Source of the DNA: Acidobacteriota bacterium
GTDB lineage: Bacteria; Acidobacteriota; UBA890; WLXD01
Assembly (NCBI GenBank): GCA_965248695.1
Contig: CBDFKD010000002.1
Location: forward strand, 3,808,001-3,872,000
Direction: 5' to 3'
Length of the DNA: 64,000 bases
A model generated the notes under the pieces. It did not search any database, was not told the DNA's origin, and saw nothing but the letters and a program-made list of their open reading frames with translations. This document shows, piece after piece, positions 56,600 to 64,000 of this stretch; within the stretch, counting starts at the first letter, position 1, and every line of letters begins with the position of its first letter. Position numbers and translations under genes: made by a program.

Positions 56600-56772
56600 C
56601 GATACCTCCTTGACGGCGCCAGGCTGCCAAACGGTGCCGTAGCGTGGTCTCATGCTCGGTTGAGAGGTCAGATTCAGCAGCGAGATACTAGCCTGCGATC
56701 ACCGTGGATCGTCGCATACAGAGGCGGACGCGACGGCGACGGCTCCACCAGGGCGATAACTCCGAGGAAACG

Positions 56773-59454
56773 ATGCTTCGAGCGGCACGAATGTGTGGGT
56801 TGGTGTTGTTGGCTTCAGTACTGCATGCGAGCGTGCCGTCTGTGGCCGCCCAGCAGCAAGGCGCGCTGGTTACGGCAGATCTGGAGTCGAGCGCCACGTT
56901 CGAGTTCTACCCCGGTGCTACGTATGACCCCGACACTCCGACCCTGGAACAGGTGGTCGGACATGCGTGGGCCGAGCGGATCAGTTCGCCAGAAGAAGTC
57001 ACCCAGTACCTGCGTGCCCTCGATGCGGCGTCGTCGCGTGCGACGCTGGTGCAGTACGGCAGCAGCTGGGAGGGCCGGCCGCTGCACTATCTGGTCGTGG
57101 CCTCGGAGACGAACCAGGCGCGCCTGCAGGCAATCAAGGCCGGCATGCAACAGCTGGCCGATCCGCGGCAATTGACCGATGCCGCCGCCGAGGAGCTGAT
57201 CGCCTCGCTGCCGTCGATCACCTGGCTGTCGTACGGCGTCCACGGCGACGAGGTCTCCAGCAGTGTGGCGGCGACGCTCACGGCCTATCACTTGGTCGCG
57301 GCGGTCGACGATCCGGTGTCGCAGACAGTGCTCGACAACAGCGTCGTGATCATCGATGCGATGCAGAACCCGGATGGTCGTGCGCGCGTCGTGCAGCACT
57401 ATCGCCAGACGCGCGGTCGCACTCCCGATGCGCATCCGCTGGCCAACGAGCGCCAGCAGACGTGGCCCGGCGGCCGCTACAGCCACTATCTGTTCGACAT
57501 CAATCGCGATTGGTTCGCCCAGACACAGATCGAATCACGCGGTCGGACCAGCGCTTTCCTCGAGTGGTTTCCGCAGGTGCACCCGGACCTGCACGAGATG
57601 GGAACGAACGGCAACTACTACTTCGCTCCTCCGGCGCCGCCAATTAATCCGGAGTGGACCCCTGCACAGCGCGACGGCCTCGCGCTGTATGGCGAGAACA
57701 ACGCCCGCTGGTTCGATCGCATGGGTTTCACCTACTACAGCCGACAGGTCTTCGATTCGTTCTATCCCGGCTATGGCGACGGCTGGCCGCTGGCGCAGGG
57801 CTCCATCGGTATGACCTACGAGGTTGCCGGGATAGGCGGTCTGGTGGCGCAGCGCAGCGACGACAGCCAGTGGCGCTACCGTGACAGCGTTCAGCGTCAC
57901 TTCATTGCATCCCTTTCCACTGCCGAGACTACGGCGACCAACCGCGAGGCCATGCTGCGTGGCTTCTACCAGTTCCGTCGCGATGCGGTGGCTGAAGGCT
58001 CCTCCGAGACCGTGAAGGAGTACATCCTCACTCCGGGACCGGACCCCGGCCGCACCGACCGGACCGCGGCGCTGCTCATGGCACAGGGCATCGAGGTGCG
58101 GCGCGCAACGGTTCCGTTCACCAACGAGCGGGTACGCGATTACTACGGCGGTCCGACAGGCCCGCGGCAGTTCGACGCTGGCACGTACGTCGTCTCGTTG
58201 GCGCAACCCACCAAGCACCTAGTGAAGATGTTGATGGTGCGGGACCTGCCGATGGACCAACCGTTCATCGACGAGCAGCTGCGACGTTACGCCGCCGGGC
58301 TCGACCATCAGATCTACGACATCAGCGCCTGGTCGCTACCGTTGGTGCATGATCTCGACGCCTACCAGGCCGAGACTCCATCCGTCGCCGATTTTCTGCT
58401 GCTGACGGATCCCCCGACCGCAACCGGCGGCGTGCGAGGCGGCGTGGCACAGCTTGCTTACCTGTTGCCCTGGGGGCACAACGACACCGCCAGGGCGCTG
58501 GCGCGCATGCTGCGTGAGGGATTGCGCGTGCGAACGGCGAACGCCGCGATGCAGTTCGACGGCATGCGCTTCCAGCGCGGGTCGTTGATCGTCAACGTGG
58601 CGGAGAATCCGTCGACGCTGCACGCGACGCTCGAAGAGATCGCGGCCGCTACCGGAGCGCGGATCCAGGCGATCGATTCGTCGTGGGTCGAGGATGGAAT
58701 CAACCTCGGCAGCCCGCAAGTGCGGTTCATTCCGCCCGTCAGGGTGGCGATGGCCTACGACACGCCGATCGATCCGTCGTCCGCTGGCTGGACGCGCTAT
58801 CTGCTCGAGCAGCTGTATGACTACCCGGTCACCGTCATTCCCACGCGACGCCTCGCAGCCGACGGCCTGGACGACTTCAATGTGCTGGTCTTGCCGCATC
58901 CGGGCCGCGGTAGCTTCCAGGACGCGCTCGGCCCCGGCGGCGCCGCGCGGCTCCGACGCTGGGTCCGGTCTGGAGGCACCCTGATCGCCTTCCGCGACGC
59001 GGTGGCCTGGCTGGCGAGCGAGGATGTCGGGCTGCTGTCTACCGGTCGTCAGCTGCGCGATGGCCGTCCCGAGGGCACCGACGGGGAGGAGACGCGGCTG
59101 CCGTACCGTGTTCCGGGGGCCATCTTCCGAGTAGCGCTCGATGCCGACCACTGGCTATCGGCCGGATACGACGACGATGCAAACGTGATGGTCGATACCG
59201 GCAACGTATTTCGTCCGTTGGCGATCACCGATGGCACAAACGTGGCGCTCTACGCGCCCGAGGACGAGCTCGTCTTGAGCGGTTTCGTCTGGCCTGATTC
59301 GGCGGCCACATTCGCCGGCAACGCCTACCTCATGCATCAGCCGCACGGCAGCGGGCACGTGGTGGCGTTTTCCGAGGAGCCCAACTTCCGCGCCTACACC
59401 GACGGGTTGAATCTGCTGTTCCTGAACGCGGTGTTCTTCGGTCCGGCGCACTGA
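56773..59454 (+). CDS. M14 family zinc carboxypeptidase, exported
   Basis: YGVHGDE, NPDGR, DINRDW, DLHEM; C-terminal GATase-like domain (PNFRA). Confidence 0.92.
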   Translation: MLRAARMCGLVLLASVLHASVPSVAAQQQGALVTADLESSATFEFYPGATYDPDTPTLEQVVGHAWAERISSPEEVTQYLRALDAASSRATLVQYGSSWEGRPLHYLVVASETNQARLQAIKAGMQQLADPRQLTDAAAEELIASLPSITWLSYGVHGDEVSSSVAATLTAYHLVAAVDDPVSQTVLDNSVVIIDAMQNPDGRARVVQHYRQTRGRTPDAHPLANERQQTWPGGRYSHYLFDINRDWFAQTQIESRGRTSAFLEWFPQVHPDLHEMGTNGNYYFAPPAPPINPEWTPAQRDGLALYGENNARWFDRMGFTYYSRQVFDSFYPGYGDGWPLAQGSIGMTYEVAGIGGLVAQRSDDSQWRYRDSVQRHFIASLSTAETTATNREAMLRGFYQFRRDAVAEGSSETVKEYILTPGPDPGRTDRTAALLMAQGIEVRRATVPFTNERVRDYYGGPTGPRQFDAGTYVVSLAQPTKHLVKMLMVRDLPMDQPFIDEQLRRYAAGLDHQIYDISAWSLPLVHDLDAYQAETPSVADFLLLTDPPTATGGVRGGVAQLAYLLPWGHNDTARALARMLREGLRVRTANAAMQFDGMRFQRGSLIVNVAENPSTLHATLEEIAAATGARIQAIDSSWVEDGINLGSPQVRFIPPVRVAMAYDTPIDPSSAGWTRYLLEQLYDYPVTVIPTRRLAADGLDDFNVLVLPHPGRGSFQDALGPGGAARLRRWVRSGGTLIAFRDAVAWLASEDVGLLSTGRQLRDGRPEGTDGEETRLPYRVPGAIFRVALDADHWLSAGYDDDANVMVDTGNVFRPLAITDGTNVALYAPEDELVLSGFVWPDSAATFAGNAYLMHQPHGSGHVVAFSEEPNFRAYTDGLNLLFLNAVFFGPAH

Positions 59455-59463
59455 GGCAACTTC

Positions 59464-59500
59464 ACCCGAGGCTCGACACTCTGAGCGGAGCCTCGGGTTT
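59464..59500. terminator. Hairpin between convergent genes, probable terminator
   Basis: ACCCGAGGCTC-N13-GAGCCTCGGGT followed by TT. Confidence 0.65.
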
Positions 59501-59514
59501 GTCGGCCGAGCTGG

Positions 59515-61560
59515 CTACTCGCGGGTTGCGTCGTCTGCCTCGGAGTCGATGAGCCGCACGGCCCAGAGGCCGGAGTGGTCATCGGAGAAGAAGATGTTGC
59601 CCTTGTACGGCTGCGCTCCCCACACCAGCGGATAGTTCGGAACGAAGCCCTTTGGGTCGAGCGACTTGAAGTAGGCGACCTCGCGCCCTTGGCGGTACAG
59701 ATCGCCCATCAACTCCCCCGAGATGTCCACGATCCGCAAGCCGCCCTCGTAGTAGGCGACGTACATGAGGTCGTCTTCTACCCAAATGTTGTGGGTTCCG
59801 GCCTCCGGTACCTCGTAACGCGCCACCTCCCTGGGATTGTCCCAGTCGTCCCATTCGATGATGTGGATCCAACCCTTGAAGCGCTCCGGCTCGTTTTCGT
59901 AGCCGGGTGTGCCCTCGCTGAACTCCGGCCTGCCTGGCCGGCCGCGCGCGGCTTCGTCCCCGGCGATGACGTATCGCTTGCCCGTCGACTTGCTGATATA
60001 CGGGACCGCGGCGTGGTTCCAGCCGCCCGGATACACGTAGCTGCCGAGCATGACCGGGTTTCGCGGCGAGCCGCCCTTGCCGCCACCACCGACATCCACC
60101 GCCACGACGCCGTCGTCCCAGTTGGATGAGTAAGCGATCCCGTCCTCGACCCAGACGTCGTGGATGGAATGCCCTGGAGTGTCGAGCTCGAAGCTGCCGA
60201 CTCGGTGGGGGTTGCCAGGATCCTCGATGTTGATGATGTCGTAGCGCTGGCCGGCCGACAGCGCGTAGACGTGGTTGTCGTACAGGAAGACGTTGTGGAC
60301 CCCGCCGGTGAGCTGGTCGTCGAAGCGCGACAGCACCCGCACACCCTCCGTCGGGTTCGACACGTCGAGGATCACGAGGCCGTTGCGCCGGTCGGAGGCG
60401 CCCTCGCGACTCATCACGCCGATCCGCCCATCGGCGGAGATCTTGACGTCGTTGACCGTGCGCGCATCCACCAGGATGACGTCGACGATCTTCATGTTCG
60501 ACGGGTCGGTCACATCCCAGAAGTAGGCGTGCCCCTCGGCACCCCAGGTGCCCATGATGGCGTAGTCGCGGCCGTCCGCCGCTTCCCACACCCAGAAGTC
60601 GGAGGTGAAGCGATCGCGGACCGGACCATGTCCGACGAGCTCGATGCCGCGCCTGGCGTTGCGCGGCTCGATGCTCACCGTGCGCACCGCAGATTGGCCG
60701 CCGGACACGGCAACGATGGTGTAGTCGCCCGGTAGGTCGGCCACGAAGCGACCGTCCTGAGCGATCATGCCCGACGGCGGCTCTCCGTTTCCCTGCGCGA
60801 TGGTGTCGGCGCGGAACGTGTAAAGGACGGGGGCCTCGGGCACCGGGTCCCCGCTCGCGTCGCGTGGGGTTGCGGCGAAGCGGATAACGTCGCCGGTGCG
60901 GGCGCCACCCGTCTGCGCGTCGAGTGTCACCGCCGCCACCGGGTTGGCCTCGACGGCAATCGCCAGGCTGACTGTCGCGTCGTCGAGCCGCGCCATCACA
61001 CGGGTGCGGCCCTCGGTCACCAGCCTCAGGTAGCCGCGCTCGTCGATCGTGGCCACAGAGGGGTCGTCCGTGGAGTACTGAGCCGTCGCGTCGGGGCGGA
61101 CGCTGCCGTCGGCGGTCGTGGCGTTGACCGTTAGGCGAACGGTCGAGCCGGCGTAGTAGCGCGTCGGAGGCGTCGCGAAGGCCAGCGCGGTGACCGCCGG
61201 CGTCGCGATCGTCACTTGCACGCGGGCTTCGAAAAGCGCTGCGGGATCCGAGCCGGCACCGTCCTCGTCGGGAACCCGCACGACGATCGTGAACTGGCCC
61301 GGGCTGAGCGCCTCGACCTCGCCGCTCGGGCTTACCGCGACGTCGCGGCGGGACATCGACAAATAGAGCACTGGCAGGCTCAGTGGGGTGCCGCTGGCGT
61401 CGACTACGACCGCCTCGATCTGTGCCTTGTCGCCGACATCGAGCGCGAGCTCTGGGGGCTGCACTCGCAGCTCTGCCGCCGGGGCTTGCTGACCCCGGGC
61501 TTCGTGGGCGGCTGTCGTGGCAAGCAACGCCGTGATCAGAACCAGCGATTGAACCCTCAT
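59515..61560 (-). CDS. Ig-like domain plus LVIVD-repeat beta-propeller protein, exported
   Basis: Signal peptide; Big_2-like repeats; LVILDVSNP, GVHNV, IHDVWV, GLRIVDISG. Confidence 0.85.
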   Translation of the reverse strand: MRVQSLVLITALLATTAAHEARGQQAPAAELRVQPPELALDVGDKAQIEAVVVDASGTPLSLPVLYLSMSRRDVAVSPSGEVEALSPGQFTIVVRVPDEDGAGSDPAALFEARVQVTIATPAVTALAFATPPTRYYAGSTVRLTVNATTADGSVRPDATAQYSTDDPSVATIDERGYLRLVTEGRTRVMARLDDATVSLAIAVEANPVAAVTLDAQTGGARTGDVIRFAATPRDASGDPVPEAPVLYTFRADTIAQGNGEPPSGMIAQDGRFVADLPGDYTIVAVSGGQSAVRTVSIEPRNARRGIELVGHGPVRDRFTSDFWVWEAADGRDYAIMGTWGAEGHAYFWDVTDPSNMKIVDVILVDARTVNDVKISADGRIGVMSREGASDRRNGLVILDVSNPTEGVRVLSRFDDQLTGGVHNVFLYDNHVYALSAGQRYDIINIEDPGNPHRVGSFELDTPGHSIHDVWVEDGIAYSSNWDDGVVAVDVGGGGKGGSPRNPVMLGSYVYPGGWNHAAVPYISKSTGKRYVIAGDEAARGRPGRPEFSEGTPGYENEPERFKGWIHIIEWDDWDNPREVARYEVPEAGTHNIWVEDDLMYVAYYEGGLRIVDISGELMGDLYRQGREVAYFKSLDPKGFVPNYPLVWGAQPYKGNIFFSDDHSGLWAVRLIDSEADDATRE

Positions 61561-61770
61561 CGAAGCTCTCCTTTGGGGCCGTCTGTACACGCGTCGGCTC
61601 GACGGCTTGATTCTACTGACTCGAACGTACGGGGTCGCCATCCGGAGCCACTCGTTGACTGGTCGTGGGAGCGCTGTATATTCGCGACGATCCCGCGCCT
61701 CCTGCACAACGAGGCGCGGCCACGGGGTTTCTTTCGTCGCACGGTAGTCGCCGGCTGGCAGGAGTCTCCT

Positions 61771-63339
61771 ATGCAGCGTCACAGAAGCGCACGATTCGCG
61801 GTGGTCACATTGGCGCTCCTTGTTACCGCGGCTACGTGTGCCCCGCCAACGACAACGTCGCCCCGGACGTTCATTCTCAACGCGCGGGTCATCGATGGCA
61901 CCGGCAGCCCATCGCAGCAGATCGGGGTGCGCATCGAGGGCACTCGGATCTCGGCCATCGGGGCACTGAGACCTCGGCCGGAGGACATTGTCGTCGACGC
62001 CTCAGGCCTGACGCTGGTGCCAGGTTTCATCGACCCACACAGCCATCACGATCGCGGCCTGATCGACGAGATGCCCGAGGCGCGCGCGCTCGTCAGCCAG
62101 GGGACGACGACGATCGTTGCCGGGCAGGACGGCGGCCAGCAGTATCCGTTGGCGGAGTTCTTTGGGCGCCTCGAAGACACACCGGTGGCAGTCAACGTGG
62201 CCTCGTACGCCGGGCACGGCGTTATCCGGGGCCGGGTGATGGGCGACGACTACATGCGCCCGTCTACCTCGGACGAGTTGCAGCAGATGGAGGCGCTGCT
62301 GCAGGCCGAGATGGAAGCCGGTGCGCTGGGGCTCGGCAGCGGGCTCGAGTACGACCCCGGCAGCTTCTCGACCCCCGAGGAGGTCGTGGCGCTGGCGAAA
62401 GTCGCGGCCGGCTACGGTGGACGCTACATCAGCCATTTCCGTAGCGAGGACCAGTACTTCTGGGAGGCGGTCGACGAGATCATCAACATCGGCCGCGAAG
62501 CCGACCTGCCGGTGCAGATATCGCACATCAAGCTGGCAATGCCGCGCTGGTGGGGTCAATCGGACCGCCTGGTCGGGATCCTCGACGAGGCCCGCGCCTC
62601 GGGCGTAGACATCACCGCCGACATCTATCCGTATGCTGCCTGGCAGACGGGCTTCCGGTGGCTGCTGACCGTGTTCCCGGATCGCGACCCGGACAGCCGC
62701 GAGGGTGCCGAGTACGTTCTCCAGGAGATGCTGTCGCCGGAGGGCGTGCTGCTGGCGCGCTACCCGGCGCAGCCGGAGTACAACGGACTGACGGTGGCCG
62801 ACGTAGCTGCACAACGCGGCGACGATCCGACGACGACGCTGATGAGCCTGCTGAAGGCCGACGTCGAGTTCGCCCGGCAAGGAGGCGAGGCGGCGCCGCG
62901 ATCGTCGATGCTGGGCTTCGCCATGCAGGAACCGGACATCGAGGCGATCATGAAATGGCCGCTCACCGTGATCTGCAGCGACGGCGGCTTGGCCGGGGCT
63001 CACCCGCGCGGCTACGGCACGTTCACCAGGTTCCTGGGGCACTATGTCCGCGACCGCGGAATCATGAGCCTCGAAGAAGGCGTGCACCGGATCACCGCGC
63101 TGACCGCAAAGCACCTGGGGATCGTGGATCGCGGCACCATCGACGCCGGAGCCTACGCCGACCTCGTGCTGTTCGATCCGGACACGGTCATCGATCGGTC
63201 CACCGTCGTCGAGCCCCACCTCGCGTCGGATGGCATCCACACCGTTTGGGTCAACGGCCAGATCGTCTACGAGAACGGAGAGACCACCGACAATCGGCCG
63301 GGCGTGCCGCTTCGTCGGGAACTGTCAGGAGGGGAGTGA
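61771..63339 (+). CDS. D-aminoacylase (N-acyl-D-amino acid deacylase) family, probable lipoprotein
   Basis: PGFIDPHSH, YISHFRSE, ISHIK, DIYPY, SDGG..HPRGYGTF, ADLVLFDP. Confidence 0.92.
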   Translation: MQRHRSARFAVVTLALLVTAATCAPPTTTSPRTFILNARVIDGTGSPSQQIGVRIEGTRISAIGALRPRPEDIVVDASGLTLVPGFIDPHSHHDRGLIDEMPEARALVSQGTTTIVAGQDGGQQYPLAEFFGRLEDTPVAVNVASYAGHGVIRGRVMGDDYMRPSTSDELQQMEALLQAEMEAGALGLGSGLEYDPGSFSTPEEVVALAKVAAGYGGRYISHFRSEDQYFWEAVDEIINIGREADLPVQISHIKLAMPRWWGQSDRLVGILDEARASGVDITADIYPYAAWQTGFRWLLTVFPDRDPDSREGAEYVLQEMLSPEGVLLARYPAQPEYNGLTVADVAAQRGDDPTTTLMSLLKADVEFARQGGEAAPRSSMLGFAMQEPDIEAIMKWPLTVICSDGGLAGAHPRGYGTFTRFLGHYVRDRGIMSLEEGVHRITALTAKHLGIVDRGTIDAGAYADLVLFDPDTVIDRSTVVEPHLASDGIHTVWVNGQIVYENGETTDNRPGVPLRRELSGGE

Positions 63340-64000
63340 TGGAGCGAGGAATGACGCGTCGACAGGCAGCGAAGACGGGGGCCCTGGCGGCCGGCTCGAT
63401 GGTCGTGGGTGTTCCGCGCTGGGCGCTGGCGGCGATGTCGCAGGAGCAGGAGGTGCCGTTCACCGACATGCCGGACGGCTTCGAGACCGATCCGACTGCG
63501 ATCGTCCGCTTCGTCGACATCCGCCGCATCGACGAGTTCTTCACCCCGGCCGACGAGTTCTTCACCATTCAGCACTACGGCCAGCCTGATATCGACGTGG
63601 CAACCCATGCGGTCGAGATCAGTGGGCTGGTGACACGACCGCAGGCGCTTTCGGTGGCCGACATCCGCCGTCGACCACGCACCGAGATTGCCTGTGCGTT
63701 CGAGTGCTCCGGCAACAGCCGGCGGCGGTTCAACGGGCTGATCAGCAACGGACTCTGGGGTGGCACCAGCCTGCGGGGGGTGCTCGACGACGTCGGTGTC
63801 GAACCGCACGGCAAGGAAGTCGTGTTCTTCGGTGCTGATACCGGCACGGAGACGATCGAGAGCCGCGGCAACAGCTGGCAGGTGGACCAGCAGTACGCCC
63901 GCAGCCTGTCGCTGGAGGACGCCATGCGCGACGACGCATTGCTGGCGTACGAGCTCAACGGTGAGCCCCTGAGCCTCAATCAGGGCTCCCCGCTACGGTT
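63339..64000 (+). CDS. Sulfite oxidase family molybdoenzyme with Tat signal (partial, runs off the window); homolog of 11354..12517
   Basis: Manual translation MERGMTRRQAAKTG..VPFTDMPDGFETDP..FECSGNSRRRFNG..YELNGEPLSLNQGSPLR. Confidence 0.92.
   Translation, partial: MERGMTRRQAAKTGALAAGSMVVGVPRWALAAMSQEQEVPFTDMPDGFETDPTAIVRFVDIRRIDEFFTPADEFFTIQHYGQPDIDVATHAVEISGLVTRPQALSVADIRRRPRTEIACAFECSGNSRRRFNGLISNGLWGGTSLRGVLDDVGVEPHGKEVVFFGADTGTETIESRGNSWQVDQQYARSLSLEDAMRDDALLAYELNGEPLSLNQGSPLR

Overview
GC-rich bacterial DNA. The gene content suggests Acidobacteriota (inferred): a carboxypeptidase-regulatory-domain TonB receptor, a sulfatase-TPR protein, a Ser/Thr kinase with a TolB-like propeller, DUF5916 and DUF1080. 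Both flanks (1-6.3 kb and 38.5-64 kb) look like ordinary chromosome rich in exported hydrolases and molybdoenzymes. The middle (about 6.3-38.5 kb) is heavily rearranged. It holds a tyrosine-integrase 3' remnant, three copies of an arm-type 11-bp tandem motif, and an inverted pair of 19-bp recombination-like sites bracketing about 17.8 kb. It also holds a patchwork of phage and host gene fragments, an internally deleted IS903-group element, two IS3-family elements, and a prophage remnant (two methylases, TerS/TerL, HicB). Highlights are a UGA-recoded DUF3179 selenoprotein with a SECIS-like hairpin, and a TonB receptor locus carrying a Tat-signal Rieske oxygenase, a Tat-signal spermidine-dehydrogenase-like flavoprotein and tatA. 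An ABC operon is split and inverted, and there is a diverged second copy of a D-aminoacylase / sulfite-oxidase-family gene pair. No rRNA, tRNA or CRISPR array was seen. All product calls come from motif recognition; no database searches were run.
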